From an uncultured Gemmatimonadales bacterium (lineage in GTDB: Bacteria > Gemmatimonadota > Gemmatimonadetes > Gemmatimonadales > GWC2-71-9), in NCBI GenBank assembly GCA_963821525.1, contig CAWGED010000005.1, positions 1,200,012 to 1,264,011 of the forward strand: 64,000 nt of DNA, given 5' to 3'. The notes beneath the pieces are model-generated. The model ran no database searches and was not told the origin of the DNA. It saw only the letters and a list, made by a program, of their open reading frames with translations. The translations under genes were made by a program, and so were the position numbers. Numbering within the stretch: position 1 is the first letter of the stretch; each line of letters starts with the position of its first letter. This document shows, piece after piece, positions 26,066 through 37,542 of this stretch.

Positions 26066-26092
26066 GCGACTCCTTCAGGTCGGTGGTCCTGT

Positions 26093-26164
26093 GTCATGGG
26101 TCATGAGTCTTGGGTCGTGGACCTGAATAGCTCTCGGACTCCCCGACCCACGACTCACGACTCA
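26093..26164. repeat. inverted heptamer tandem-repeat element (GTCATGG/CGACTCA-type)
   Basis: gtcatgg gtcatga gtcttgg gtcgtgg ... cgaccca cgactca cgactca, between sdhC and sdhA. Confidence 0.85.
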
Positions 26165-26173
26165 ACTCCACCC

Positions 26174-26833
26174 TCACTTCAGCCACCCAAACCACACCGC
26201 GACCGGAATCACCGACATGCCCAGCCACACGATCAGCGCGATTACCAACGCGATGGGACGATGCCGGGGATTGGGCGATGGGCGGGCCACCCCAAGCGAC
26301 CGGAGGCTGGCCCAGGTGCCGTGATAGACGTGGAGGCCAACCGCGATCAGCGCAATCAGGTAGAAAACGACTATCAGCGGGTCGCGGAATCCCACCACGA
26401 GGTTGTGGTAGACGTTGCCCTCGACGAAATCGGGATGGGCGGTGCCCCAGGTGAAGTGACTGAGGTGATAGACCAGGAAGACCAGGATCAACACCCCGCC
26501 CCATCGGAGCGTCTGCGACGCGAGGGTCGAGGCCTGCGGGACCTGCTTGGCGTACTGTACCGGTCTGGCCTTGCGGCTCATCACAGTGAGCTGAGTCGCG
26601 GCGACGACGTGCAGTATGAGAGCGGCCAGCAGGATGACCCGGCTGAGCAGCAGGAGCTCGTGCGCCGGACCGTGCAGCAGAGCGGCATACCCGTTGAGCT
26701 TCTCCGCTCCCGCGAAAGCCTGGAGGTTCCCCGCCATGTGGAGCACCAGCCAGACGATCATGATGAGACCGGTAATTCCCATCACGACCTTCTTGCCCAG
26801 CGTGGAGCGCCAGAAGGCGAGGATGCGGCTCAC
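26174..26833 (-). CDS. sdhC: succinate dehydrogenase cytochrome b subunit
   Basis: [13 protein letters not shown] and HMAGNL; His ligands; five TM helices. Confidence 0.93.
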   Translation of the reverse strand: MSRILAFWRSTLGKKVVMGITGLIMIVWLVLHMAGNLQAFAGAEKLNGYAALLHGPAHELLLLSRVILLAALILHVVAATQLTVMSRKARPVQYAKQVPQASTLASQTLRWGGVLILVFLVYHLSHFTWGTAHPDFVEGNVYHNLVVGFRDPLIVVFYLIALIAVGLHVYHGTWASLRSLGVARPSPNPRHRPIALVIALIVWLGMSVIPVAVWFGWLK

Positions 26834-27756
26834 CCCAGCGCCTTCATCGTATCCATGACCGCCGCGGCGGACTTGTGCAGATCCGTCTTCTCCTGATCCG
26901 ACAGCGTCACCGTGACGATCTGCTCCAGTCCCTTCCGGCCCAGCTTGCAGGGCACGCCGCAGAAAACGTCGCGTAGACCGTACTCGCCCTGGAGCCATGC
27001 GGCGCAGGGGAGAATCCGCTTCTTGTCGAGGGCGATGGATTCGGCCATCTGGACCGCCGCGGCGCTCGGCGCGTAGTAGGCCGATCCGGTCTTGAGCAGC
27101 GCCACGATTTCAGCACCGCCATTCCGGGTCCGGGTGACAATCGCGTCCAGCTTGGCCTGGTCAATCAGCTGAGTGACGGGAATGCCGGAAACCGTCGTGT
27201 AGGAGATGAGCGGCACCATGGTGTCGCCGTGTCCGCCCAGCACCATCGCCTGAATGTCTTCAACCGATACGTCGAGCGCCTCGGCCAGGAACGAGCGGTA
27301 GCGGGCGGTGTCGAGCACCCCCGCCATGCCGAGGACGCGTTCCCGCGGGAAGCCCGTCCCCTTCATTGCCACATAGCACATCACGTCCAGCGGGTTGGAG
27401 ACCACGATCACAATCGACTGCGGCGCGACGCGCTTGATCTCCCGGCTCACCGCCTCGACGATCCCCGCGTTGGTCTTCACCAGGTCGTCCCGGCTCATGC
27501 CGGGCTTCCGGGCGATGCCGGCGGTCACGATGAAGAGTTCGGATCCGGCCGCTTCGTCATAACCATTGCTGCCGATGACGCGCGTGTCGAAACCTTCGAT
27601 CGGTGCCGACTCCCACTGGTCGAGAGACTTGCCCTGAGGGACGCCTTCAATCACGTCCACCATGACGACGGAGCGGGCCAGCTGCTTTTCGGCGACGCGC
27701 TGGGCCGCGGTTGCACCCACGTTGCCAGCGCCGACGACGGTGATCTTGTTGAGCAT
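26830..27756 (-). CDS. mdh: malate dehydrogenase
   Basis: [24 protein letters not shown] and GGHGD. Confidence 0.97.
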   Translation of the reverse strand: MLNKITVVGAGNVGATAAQRVAEKQLARSVVMVDVIEGVPQGKSLDQWESAPIEGFDTRVIGSNGYDEAAGSELFIVTAGIARKPGMSRDDLVKTNAGIVEAVSREIKRVAPQSIVIVVSNPLDVMCYVAMKGTGFPRERVLGMAGVLDTARYRSFLAEALDVSVEDIQAMVLGGHGDTMVPLISYTTVSGIPVTQLIDQAKLDAIVTRTRNGGAEIVALLKTGSAYYAPSAAAVQMAESIALDKKRILPCAAWLQGEYGLRDVFCGVPCKLGRKGLEQIVTVTLSDQEKTDLHKSAAAVMDTMKALG

Positions 27757-27824
27757 TGGGATTGTAGAGTCGAGGTGAAGCTTGAAATTAGCGTGCAGAG
27801 GAAGAGGCTGGTAGGCCGCGGCGG

Positions 27825-28346
27825 TCACCCCGATTTCTTGCGGCGAGGTCTGCGACTCCGGCCGCGGCGCGGCGCGGTTTTCTCAGGCTCGCCGGGAATT
27901 CCCAACTTCCGAAGGCCTTCGTAGAGCACCACGCTCACCGCGTTGCCAAGGTTGAGGCTTCGCACGTCGCCCGGCATCGGAATCCGGAAGCACCGCTCCG
28001 GATGCTTCTCCAGGATCTTGGTCGGCAGGCCGTCGGTCTCATTACCGAAGACCAGGACGCTGTTGGTATTGAAGGGAGCCTCTCGGTAATCACGCTGGGC
28101 ATTGGCGGAGAAGTAGAGGCAACGATCCCGGCTGATCGCATCGCGAAAGCGGAACCAGTTGGGATGCACCCAGAGATCGACCTTTTCCCAGTGGTCGATG
28201 CCGGCCCGCTTCACCGCGGTGTCGTCCAGGCTGAAGCCCAGCGGCTCGATCAGGTGCAGGGGCACATCAGCACCCACGCACAGCCGGGCAATGTTCCCGG
28301 TGTTGGGCGGGATCTGCGGGCAGATCAGGGCGACGTGAAGCGTCAT
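27825..28346 (-). CDS. trmL: tRNA (cytidine/uridine(34)-2'-O)-methyltransferase
   Basis: [20 protein letters not shown] and IPM..RSLNL. Confidence 0.93.
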   Translation of the reverse strand: MTLHVALICPQIPPNTGNIARLCVGADVPLHLIEPLGFSLDDTAVKRAGIDHWEKVDLWVHPNWFRFRDAISRDRCLYFSANAQRDYREAPFNTNSVLVFGNETDGLPTKILEKHPERCFRIPMPGDVRSLNLGNAVSVVLYEGLRKLGIPGEPEKTAPRRGRSRRPRRKKSG

Positions 28347-28366
28347 GCGCAGGGACCCGGTCGCGG

Positions 28367-29437
28367 CTAGCCGCCCCGGGTGTGCATCTCCCGCAACGGG
28401 TCGGACCGCAGGCTCGTCAATGAATACAGTGCTCCGCGATGCGGCTCGGCCCCCCGGGCCTCGGCACCACGGTCGTCGCGTTCCTTCCAGGCCTGCACGA
28501 TCTGCTCCCGGATCTCCTCGTCCGTGGCACCGCTCCTCAGCGGCTCCCTCAGGTCGACTCCCTCGTCGGCGTAGAGGCAGAGGAGGAAGTGTCCGTCGGC
28601 AGTCAGCCGGGAGCGATCACAGGTGCGGCAGAATGGCTGAGTCGTCGAAGCGATGATCCCGAAAGTCGTGCCGTCGCCGAGACGGAACCGTTCCGCTGGC
28701 GCGGCTGGATCGCTCCCGCTCACCAACGGTTCAATCCGCCCGTAGCGTCTGCTGAGACGATCCAGGATCTCGCGGCGGGAAACGACCTTCTCCAGACTCC
28801 ATCCGGTGGCCCCACCCACATCCATGTATTCGATGAATCGCACTTCCCCGCCGAACGACTTCCCGAAATCGACCAGGTCTTCCAGCTCGTCGTCGTTGTA
28901 CCCGCGCACAATCACGCTGTTGAATTTGACCGGCGTGAAGCCGGCATCGCGGGCAGCGGTGATTCCGGCGAGGACATCGCCGTGCTTGGCGCTCCGGGCG
29001 AAGGACTGCATCCGTTCCGGGCGCAGGGTGTCCAGGCTGACCGTCAACCTTTTCAATCCGGCTGCTCGCAACGGGGTCGCCTGAGTCGCGAGCAGAATTC
29101 CGTTCGTCGTCAGGGCGAGATCGGTCAGCTCAGGACGCGAGGCCAACCGATGCACCAGGTCGGGAAGACCGTGACGGAGAAGCGGCTCGCCACCGGTGAG
29201 CCGGATCTTGCGGACTCCGACGCTGGCGAAGATTCCGGCGAGCCGGTCGAGCTCTTCGAAAGAGAGGATCGAGCTGCGTGGGAGCCACGCGTACTCGGCT
29301 TCGGGCATGCAGTACCCGCACCGCATGTTGCAGCGATCGGTGACCGAGATCCGCAGGCTGGTGAGCGGCCGGCTGAACTGGTCAACCACAACCGTTCGCT
29401 GGTTCAATGCCCTGGTCGGCCCGAGAGCGCTAGCCAT
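28367..29437 (-). CDS. moaA: GTP 3',8-cyclase
   Basis: CNMRCGYC, FCRTCDRSRLTADG and C-terminal GG. Confidence 0.96.
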   Translation of the reverse strand: MASALGPTRALNQRTVVVDQFSRPLTSLRISVTDRCNMRCGYCMPEAEYAWLPRSSILSFEELDRLAGIFASVGVRKIRLTGGEPLLRHGLPDLVHRLASRPELTDLALTTNGILLATQATPLRAAGLKRLTVSLDTLRPERMQSFARSAKHGDVLAGITAARDAGFTPVKFNSVIVRGYNDDELEDLVDFGKSFGGEVRFIEYMDVGGATGWSLEKVVSRREILDRLSRRYGRIEPLVSGSDPAAPAERFRLGDGTTFGIIASTTQPFCRTCDRSRLTADGHFLLCLYADEGVDLREPLRSGATDEEIREQIVQAWKERDDRGAEARGAEPHRGALYSLTSLRSDPLREMHTRGG

Positions 29438-29906
29438 GCCGTCCACCTGCGGCGCCGATGGCGACCTCTTCCGGCGCATTTGCAGCGTGTGCGGCCGCCG
29501 GGTTCACCCAGTCCGAGCTGCCATCGGCGTACCACTCACGCTTCCAGATCGGCACCCGGCGTTTCAACTCTTCAATCACGTAGCGGCACGCCTCGAACGC
29601 CTCGCCGCGGTGCGGTGCTGCCACGGCGATCGCGACCGCTGCCTCTCCCACTTCGAGCGTTCCGATCCGGTGGGAGAGCGCAACTCGTACCGGCCACTTG
29701 GTCTCCGCCTCAGCTACGATCACGGCGCATTCCGCTTCGGCCATCGGGGCATAGGCCGAGTATTCCAGGCGCTTCACTTCCCTGCCGGCGTGATGGTCAC
29801 GGACCAGTCCCACAAAAGATGCGATCCCGCCACGATCCGAGGCGCCGACACTCGCAAGCAATGATGCAAGGTCGAGGGGGTGTTCGGTCAGATAAGGTGA
29901 ACTCAT
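29430..29906 (-). CDS. moaE: molybdopterin synthase catalytic subunit
   Basis: LEYSAYAPMA, HRIG and LKRRVPIWKRE. Confidence 0.95.
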   Translation of the reverse strand: MSSPYLTEHPLDLASLLASVGASDRGGIASFVGLVRDHHAGREVKRLEYSAYAPMAEAECAVIVAEAETKWPVRVALSHRIGTLEVGEAAVAIAVAAPHRGEAFEACRYVIEELKRRVPIWKREWYADGSSDWVNPAAAHAANAPEEVAIGAAGGRHG

Positions 29907-29907
29907 C

Positions 29908-30174
29908 TCAACCTCCAGCCAGAGGCGGGAGGAGAGCCACCTCGTCTCCCTCACGAAGCGGCGAATCGACTGTCGCATGGACCGCGTTGATGGCGCTGAG
30001 AGGACGGGTGGGAAGGCGGTCGGCTTGGGGGAATTCGTCGCGCAGCTGGCGAACCAGATCGGAGACTGTCGCCGGAGCCGGCAACGAGACCTCTACGGTA
30101 TCCCGCCCAATCCAGTCGGCGTAGCTGGCGAACAGGAGCACCTTGACCGTTACAGTCTCAACCGAAGCAGTCAT
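29908..30174 (-). CDS. moaD: molybdopterin synthase sulfur carrier
   Basis: VLLFA and C-terminal GDEVALLPPLAGG. Confidence 0.95.
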   Translation of the reverse strand: MTASVETVTVKVLLFASYADWIGRDTVEVSLPAPATVSDLVRQLRDEFPQADRLPTRPLSAINAVHATVDSPLREGDEVALLPPLAGG

Positions 30175-30222
30175 TCTGAGCAGTATAATCGCTTATCGGA
30201 TGCGGGGCCCACCCGGTCCCCT

Positions 30223-30252
30223 GAAACGAAGAGAGCCGGGCTGGCCCGGCTC
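30223..30252 (-). terminator. probable intrinsic terminator after HU
   Basis: GAGCCGGG-CCAG-CCCGGCTC hairpin followed by TCTTCGTTTC on the minus strand. Confidence 0.6.
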
Positions 30253-30283
30253 CCATTACTCCACGAAGGCTCTGATCCTCAGA

Positions 30284-30616
30284 TCACTCGGAATGGGGCT
30301 GAGAATCAGCCGATTCCGGAGTCTCGTCCGCCACTAAAGCCCGCAACTCCTTGCTGGGCTTGAACACAGGCACCGGACGCGCGGCCACTTCAACCGGATC
30401 GCCGGTGCGTGGATTCCTCGCCATGCGAGTCTTCCGGCGGCGGATCTTGAAGGTGCCGAAGCCGCGTACCTCTATGTTGTGTTGATTCTTAAGTGCTTCC
30501 TTGACCGCGTCCAAGAACGCGTCGACCACTCGCGCGCAATCTTTCTTGGAAATCATGGGGCCCGCCGTGCGCGCGATGGAGGCGGTGACCTGTTCTACGA
30601 GATCGGCCTTCGTCAT
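30284..30616 (-). CDS. HU/IHF family DNA-binding protein
   Basis: MTKADLVEQV, IEVRGFGTF and ARNPRTG. Confidence 0.95.
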   Translation of the reverse strand: MTKADLVEQVTASIARTAGPMISKKDCARVVDAFLDAVKEALKNQHNIEVRGFGTFKIRRRKTRMARNPRTGDPVEVAARPVPVFKPSKELRALVADETPESADSQPHSE

Positions 30617-30675
30617 GCGTTCCCCCCTGGAGGGTCTCATGCCCGGCTCGGTCCCTAGCAGCAAGGCTGCATGAG

Positions 30676-30704
30676 ACACTACGAGCTTACACGTTGACTG
30701 TCAA
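30676..30704 (-). promoter_or_regulatory. sigma70-type promoter for the HU gene
   Basis: TTGACA-17 bp-TAGTGT on the minus strand. Confidence 0.7.
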
Positions 30705-31816
30705 GGGGTTGGCCCATCCGGGCGGGGTGACCCGCCAATCATTCGCACGAATTCGGCAAAGTGGGGGTAGGCGTCATGCGGTCCTGGGGAGGCTTCCGGA
30801 TGGTATTGGACGGCAAAGACCGGAAGTGCTTTGTGCCGAATGCCTTCCACCGTTCCGTCGTTGAGATTGACGTGAGTGACCTCCAAATCGCTCGCCCCGG
30901 GGACGGCGCCCTGCTCGCCCTGAACCGCAAAGCCGTGGTTCTGCGACGTTATAAGTACTTGTCCTGTACGGAGATCCCGCACTGGGTGGTTACCGCCGCG
31001 GTGCCCATAGGGCAGTTTTACCGTCTCTCCCCCAAACGCGAGGCCCAGGAGCTGGTGGCCAAGGCAAATGCCGAACGTGGGCAGCCCTGATTCGGCCAGT
31101 TCCTTGATGTTCTGGATGGCGTAACCCACCGCGGCCGGGTCGCCAGGCCCGTTTGAAAGGAAAAGTCCGGCCGGCTTCCTCTTTTGTACTTCCTTCACGG
31201 TCATGGTCGCCGGAACCACCGAGACCCTGCACCCCGAGGCCGCCAGCATCCGCGCAATGTTGCGCTTCATGCCGTAGTCATAGGCCACAATCAGCGGTCC
31301 ATCCCCCTCCTGATAGGCCTTCGGCGTCGTCGCCCGGGACGCGAGGTCGAGCCCGTTCATCGAAGGAGAATCCATCAGCTGCAGCGTCAACTGCGGCGTC
31401 GGTTCCCTGCCCTCCGCAATCACGCCGCGCATGGCTCCGCGTTCCCGGATGTGCCGGGTGAGTCGCCGGGTGTCCACGTTCTCGATGACCGGAATGCGTG
31501 ATTCGGCAAGCCATTCGTCGAGCGGACGCGTGGACCTCCAGTTGGAGGTGTGGCGCGACATCTCCCTCACCACAACTCCGGTGATCTGAGGCTTGCCCGA
31601 TTCCATGTCTTCGGGATTGACCCCATAGTTGCCGATCATGGGGGCGGTCATGACCACGATCTGTCCCAGATAACTCGGGTCGGTGAAGACCTCCTGGTAC
31701 CCACTCAGGTTCGTGGTGAAGACCACCTCCCCGAACGCCGAGTCCAGTGGGCGCAGAGTCGTCCCGGGATACCAGGTCCCGTCCTCCAGCAATACGAAAG
31801 CGGGGCGATCGGTCAT
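30701..31816 (-). CDS. carA: carbamoyl-phosphate synthase small subunit
   Basis: GEVVFTT, LSNGPGDP, GICLGHQ and QYHPEASPGPHD. Confidence 0.97.
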   Translation of the reverse strand: MTDRPAFVLLEDGTWYPGTTLRPLDSAFGEVVFTTNLSGYQEVFTDPSYLGQIVVMTAPMIGNYGVNPEDMESGKPQITGVVVREMSRHTSNWRSTRPLDEWLAESRIPVIENVDTRRLTRHIRERGAMRGVIAEGREPTPQLTLQLMDSPSMNGLDLASRATTPKAYQEGDGPLIVAYDYGMKRNIARMLAASGCRVSVVPATMTVKEVQKRKPAGLFLSNGPGDPAAVGYAIQNIKELAESGLPTFGICLGHQLLGLAFGGETVKLPYGHRGGNHPVRDLRTGQVLITSQNHGFAVQGEQGAVPGASDLEVTHVNLNDGTVEGIRHKALPVFAVQYHPEASPGPHDAYPHFAEFVRMIGGSPRPDGPTP

Positions 31817-31856
31817 CCGGTCACCCCGCGTGAAGTCTTCTCCATAGTGCCTCGAG

Positions 31857-32249
31857 TTACGGTGCCGGCTTGGATGGCTGCGGTGCCGGAGCCTGTGACC
31901 CCTGACCCGCGGCGTCGTTGCTGGGCGTAGTGGGAGTGGCACCTTCCAACGGAATCGGTGCGGGCGCCGCGGGGGCCGGCTGGTTCTGCAGCTGCTCGAG
32001 CACCTCGCTGGATGCACCGCTACGGGTCGGCGAGACGATGGACAGCAACAGCGACAGGAAGAGGAAGGTGCCGCCGCAAATCCAGCTCATCTTGGTAAGC
32101 AGGTTGGCCGCCTGACGGCCACCAACCACGAGATCGGTGGTGCCTCCGCCGAGAGAGGCGAGACCACCTCCCTGCCCGGCCTGAAGCAGCACGACGGCCG
32201 CGAGCAGCAGCCCGTCCAGGATCAGCAGAACTAGCAAGAGATAGTACAT
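31857..32249 (-). CDS. secG: preprotein translocase subunit SecG
   Basis: VLLQAGQGGGLASLGG with two TM helices; follows tpiA. Confidence 0.93.
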   Translation of the reverse strand: MYYLLLVLLILDGLLLAAVVLLQAGQGGGLASLGGGTTDLVVGGRQAANLLTKMSWICGGTFLFLSLLLSIVSPTRSGASSEVLEQLQNQPAPAAPAPIPLEGATPTTPSNDAAGQGSQAPAPQPSKPAP

Positions 32250-32300
32250 GGCGGCCGCAAAACTAATCAGGGGGCCATCTTGTCGGTAGGGGCGGTTTTC

Positions 32301-33044
32301 TTACAGCTGCACCAGTTCGGACCAGCCTTCCGGATCGAGACTCGCACCGCCGACCAGCACTCCATCGATCTCGTCTTGCGCCACCAGAGCCTGGACATTG
32401 CCCTTGTTCACGCTGCCGCCGTAGAGCACCGTCGCCCGACCGCCAAGGCCGAGTTCCGCCACGACGCCGCGAACCGCTCGATGGACCTCGGCAGCGTCCT
32501 CTGGTGTGGCGTTCTTGCCGGTACCGATAGCCCAGACCGGTTCGTAGGCGATCAGAACGCGGGCGAGATCGGCGGGCGAAAGATTGTGCAGTCCTTCTCT
32601 CAGCTGCCTGGTCACGACCGACTCGGTCTGCTGGGCTACACGTTCTGCCAGCGTCTCCCCGACGCACAACATCGGGGTCAGTCCTGCCTCGAGAAGCGCC
32701 CGCACCTTTCGGCGGGTCTCCGCGTCGGTCTCCCCGAAGACATGTCGCCGTTCGGAGTGACCCACCAACGCTCCGGTTGCCCCAGCACCCTTGGCGAGCT
32801 GGATCGACGTCTCTCCAGTGAAGGCACCTTTCGGTTCCCAGTGCACATCCTGAGCGCCGACGCTGATGTCGGGACGTCCCTTCAGCGCAGTACTGGCTGC
32901 CTCGATGGACACAGCGGAAGGAAAAAACCAGTATGAGCGGCCTTCCTGGGGCCGAGTCCGGGCGAGAAACGTCGCCGCGAAAGCCCGGGCGTCTCCCGGA
33001 GGGAGATGCATTTTCCAGTTAGCGGCGTAGACGAGAGTGCGCAT
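32301..33044 (-). CDS. tpiA: triose-phosphate isomerase
   Basis: AANWKM, GHSERR and AYEPVWAIGTG. Confidence 0.97.
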   Translation of the reverse strand: MRTLVYAANWKMHLPPGDARAFAATFLARTRPQEGRSYWFFPSAVSIEAASTALKGRPDISVGAQDVHWEPKGAFTGETSIQLAKGAGATGALVGHSERRHVFGETDAETRRKVRALLEAGLTPMLCVGETLAERVAQQTESVVTRQLREGLHNLSPADLARVLIAYEPVWAIGTGKNATPEDAAEVHRAVRGVVAELGLGGRATVLYGGSVNKGNVQALVAQDEIDGVLVGGASLDPEGWSELVQL

Positions 33045-34234
33045 CAGGCATCGTCCAGGGCGGCGACACCCGGGAGTGTCTTCCCTTCGAGGAATTCGAG
33101 AGATGCCCCGCCACCAGTGGAGACGTGAGTCATCTTGCTGTCGAGTCCCGCTTGCGCGACGGCCGCCGCAGAGTCGCCACCGCCGACGACGGTGATCGCG
33201 CCGCGACCGGTGGCATCGGCGAGAGCATGAGCCACCGCGAGGGTTCCGTGATCGAAGGGCGGAGTTTCGAATACTCCCATCGGTCCATTCCATACCACGG
33301 TGCCGGCAGCGGCGATGCGCGACGCGAAGTCCTTCTCGGTCTTGGGGTCGACGTCGAACATCGCCCAGCCGGCGGGAATCTTCTCTCTCGCCACCACCTT
33401 CGTCTCCACGTCGCTCTTGAGTTCCTGGGCGATGACTGCGCCGACCGGCAGGACCAGCCGGTCCCCACCCTTCTTGATCAACTCCTTCGCCAGCTCCACT
33501 CGGTCTTCCTCGACCAGCGATTTCCCGGTCTCGAGGCCCATCGCGCGGAAGAAGGTGCAGGCCATCGCACCTCCGATCAGGATCGCATCGACCCGGGGTA
33601 ACAGGTTCTCGATCAGATCGATCTTGCCGGAGACCTTGGCTCCTCCGAGCACGGCGACGAAGGGGCGCTTCGGTTGATGGAGCGCTTCGCCCAGGTACTT
33701 GAGCTCGCGTTCCATGAGAAATCCCGCGACCGCAGGCTTGAGCAGCGTGGCGACCGCCTCGGTGCTCGAGTGAGCGCGGTGGGCCGAACCGAACGCGTCA
33801 TTCACGTAGAAGTCGCCGAGGCCTGCGAAGGTCTTCGCGAGTTCGGGGTCGTTCTTTTCCTCGCCCGGGTAAAACCGAGTGTTCTCCACTATGGCGACCC
33901 CGCCGCGGGGAAGCCGCTTGGTGACGGTCACCGCGTCCGGTGCGGCGGGATCCGCGATGAAGCTCACCGGAGCGCCGAGCAGTCGCTCCAGCTCCAGGGC
34001 GCAGGGTGTCAGGGAGTATTTGGGATCAGGTCCGCCCTTGGGTCGTCCCAGGTGGGATAACAGCACCACCCGGGCGCCCTTCTCCCGCAGGTAGGTAATG
34101 GTGGGCAGCGACGCGCGGATCCTGGTGTTGTCGGTGACCACACCGTCCTTGATCGGACAGTTGAAGTCCACCCGCACGAGAGCCCGTCGTCCGTCCAGGG
34201 CCGCGGGCTGGAGATCACGAAGAGAGCGTTTCAT
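33044..34234 (-). CDS. pgk: phosphoglycerate kinase
   Basis: RVDFNCP, SHLGRP and STGGGASLEFLEG. Confidence 0.98.
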   Translation of the reverse strand: MKRSLRDLQPAALDGRRALVRVDFNCPIKDGVVTDNTRIRASLPTITYLREKGARVVLLSHLGRPKGGPDPKYSLTPCALELERLLGAPVSFIADPAAPDAVTVTKRLPRGGVAIVENTRFYPGEEKNDPELAKTFAGLGDFYVNDAFGSAHRAHSSTEAVATLLKPAVAGFLMERELKYLGEALHQPKRPFVAVLGGAKVSGKIDLIENLLPRVDAILIGGAMACTFFRAMGLETGKSLVEEDRVELAKELIKKGGDRLVLPVGAVIAQELKSDVETKVVAREKIPAGWAMFDVDPKTEKDFASRIAAAGTVVWNGPMGVFETPPFDHGTLAVAHALADATGRGAITVVGGGDSAAAVAQAGLDSKMTHVSTGGGASLEFLEGKTLPGVAALDDA

Positions 34235-34319
34235 CCGGGACGGGATCGTGGTCAGGGTTGGAGGGCGGACACGAGGTCCGCCCGAACGGGTTGCAGGGGC
34301 GACCCTTGCGGTCGCCCTG

Positions 34320-35336
<1,017 letters not shown>

Positions 35337-35383
35337 TCACTCCCCACCAATGGTTGATCCCAGGTCAATTCCGCCGGTTCACG

Positions 35384-36103
35384 TCACGCGATCGGTACCG
35401 TCGCGCGAGCAAAGGTAACCGCTTCCACGCGCGCCGCTCCAGCCTCGGCCAACGCGAGCGCCGCGGCGGCGAGAGTCGCCCCGGTGGTGAACACATCGTC
35501 CACCAGGACCAGGCGCTCCGACCGGATCGGGGCCGCTCGAAAGGCCCCCTCCACGTTCGCCTTTCTGGCCTCAGGAGTGAGGGCGGTCTGAGTCGCCGTC
35601 TCCTGCACCCGGCTGAGCAGATCCTCTCTCACCGACAGTCCGCGCAGGGCTCCCAGCGCCCGGGCGATGCGCTCGCTCTGGTTGTAGCCGCGGCGCCGCA
35701 GCCTCTGCAGAGCGAGAGGAACCGGAACGAGTACGACCCCCGGTTCCAGCGGCTCCAGGCGTCGCATGCTGCGCGCCGCTACGTCCGCCACTCTCCACCA
35801 GCCCTCGTACTTGAGTTGATGGATGGCTCCTCTGACCGAGCCGTCGAACCATACCGCGCTCCGGACCCGTTGCAGCGCGCTGGGCCAGGCCTCGCAGATC
35901 CGGCAGCTGATTCCCGGGTCAAGCGGCTGGCCACAACGGGCGCAAACCGGCTCCGGGAGTCTGCGCCACCGGCTCTGGCACAGTTCGCAAACCAGCGAGT
36001 CTCCGGCACGCTCCTCGACCGCTTCGTGACACAGGAGACACTCCGACGGTAACAGCAGCCGCTCGGCCGCCAGAAGAGTCCGGGTGACGTCAGCGAAGCG
36101 CAT
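35384..36103 (-). CDS. comF: ComF family protein
   Basis: N-terminal CxxC zinc motifs, RRGYNQS and LVDDVFTTGAT. Confidence 0.92.
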   Translation of the reverse strand: MRFADVTRTLLAAERLLLPSECLLCHEAVEERAGDSLVCELCQSRWRRLPEPVCARCGQPLDPGISCRICEAWPSALQRVRSAVWFDGSVRGAIHQLKYEGWWRVADVAARSMRRLEPLEPGVVLVPVPLALQRLRRRGYNQSERIARALGALRGLSVREDLLSRVQETATQTALTPEARKANVEGAFRAAPIRSERLVLVDDVFTTGATLAAAALALAEAGAARVEAVTFARATVPIA

Positions 36104-36893
36104 CGTTCACCGCCGCCTTCATTACTTCAATCGGCGGCTCTTCGTCGGGGAACCACCGGCGGAAAGACTGTGCTCCCTGCGCTACCAGCATGGCCCGACC
36201 ATCCGCCGCCCGCAAACCGCCCTGTCGCATGAGACGAACCCAGGCGGTTTCCCCCGGTGCATAGATCAGATCCAACGCGATCTGCGCTTCCGGAGCATCA
36301 TCCACGGCGAGGGGGAGGTGATCTCCCGGATGAAGGCCCAGAGGAGTGGCGTTGATCATCACCTCACACTCGGCGGAACGGGCCAGTGCCACGCCTTGAT
36401 CCTTCGCCCACTGTTCGAACGCCTGTCGCCTGGAGGGATCGCGCGATCGTACGGCAACGGCAGCCCTCGCCTCCCTCGCCGCGGCGACAACCGCCCGGGC
36501 AGCCCCACCGGTTCCCGCTACCAGCCACGCGTTGGTGGGCGCCTCGAGCAGGCGCAGCGCCTCTTTCAGGCCGTCTACGTCGGTATTGTCGCCGACCACC
36601 GCCGTATCATCGCCCCAGAAGGTGTTGCACGCTCCCAACCGTTGGACTCGATCGCTCGGCCGGGTAATCGCTTTGGCGGCGGTCTCTTTATGGGGGATGG
36701 TGACGTTCCCGCCGCCGCCGGCTCTCGCGAGTGCGGTGACCAGTCCCGGGACGTCGGCGGCATTGCAGCGGAGCGGGACGTAGGTGGCATCGAGGCCCAA
36801 CGCTCGGAACGCCGCGTTGTGCATCGCGGGGGATAGCGTGTGCTTGAGGGGATCGCCGAGGATGGCGAAGACCCGGGTGCTACCGCCGATCAC
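36090..36893 (-). CDS. aroE: shikimate dehydrogenase
   Basis: HTLSPAMHN, NVTIPHK, NTD and GTGGAARA. Confidence 0.93.
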   Translation of the reverse strand: MIGGSTRVFAILGDPLKHTLSPAMHNAAFRALGLDATYVPLRCNAADVPGLVTALARAGGGGNVTIPHKETAAKAITRPSDRVQRLGACNTFWGDDTAVVGDNTDVDGLKEALRLLEAPTNAWLVAGTGGAARAVVAAAREARAAVAVRSRDPSRRQAFEQWAKDQGVALARSAECEVMINATPLGLHPGDHLPLAVDDAPEAQIALDLIYAPGETAWVRLMRQGGLRAADGRAMLVAQGAQSFRRWFPDEEPPIEVMKAAVNDALR

Positions 36894-37353
36894 CCGATCG
36901 CTCCCGCACCAGGCGATCCGTCGCGGCATCGGTCAATTCGGCGAGGTCGTCGTAGGTCTGACGGTAGCCTTCGAGATCGCCACCGAAGGGGTCGCGCACT
37001 TCGGCCGATTCCCCCACGCGGCCGGCATACTCGCCAAGCACAAAGACCTTCTCAGCGCCACCGAGGTCGGTGACGCGCGCACGGTGATGGCGCGACATAG
37101 TGAGAATGAGATCGGCTTCCTGCGTCATCTCTCGAGTGAGCAACCGGGCCCGGTGCTCCGAGAGATCCAGCCCGTGTTCCAGAGCGATGAGATAGGCCCC
37201 CTCCGAGACCGGAGCGCCATCCCATGCCCCGGTGCCGGCCGAGGCTACCGTAACCCCATCCACGCCCCGTCGCTCCAACGCCTCGCGCAACAGGATCTCG
37301 GCCATCGGACTGCGGCAGGTGTTTCCCGTACAGATCAGCAAGACCCGAGTCAT
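36880..37353 (-). CDS. low-molecular-weight protein arginine/tyrosine phosphatase
   Basis: CTGNTCRSPMAE and DPFGG. Confidence 0.92.
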   Translation of the reverse strand: MTRVLLICTGNTCRSPMAEILLREALERRGVDGVTVASAGTGAWDGAPVSEGAYLIALEHGLDLSEHRARLLTREMTQEADLILTMSRHHRARVTDLGGAEKVFVLGEYAGRVGESAEVRDPFGGDLEGYRQTYDDLAELTDAATDRLVRERSGDRR

Positions 37354-37362
37354 GGCTTCAAT

Positions 37363-37542
37363 GTAAGGAGTAAGAGGTCAGGGGTAAGGAGGGATGTGGG
37401 GATGTTTGGATTGAGGGATTGAAGGATGTGGTAGTTGGGATTGGGGACTGCCTACGAATCGCATCCTCACATCCTCACATCCTCAACATCCCTCAATCCA
37501 AACATCCAAACATCCCTCAATCCCTTACTCCTCACTCCTACT
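37363..37542. repeat. nested inverted tandem-repeat element (outer 7-mer arms, inner 8-mer arms)
   Basis: GTAAGGA-like x4, then GGGATGTG/GGATTGAG-like x5, a spacer, CATCCTCA/CAATCC-like x8, then TTACTCC-like x2-3. Confidence 0.9.

Noticed and set aside
30701..31816. carA without carB, and ispD without ispF, as anomalies
   Set aside because: Split locations of these partners are common and cannot be judged from one window.
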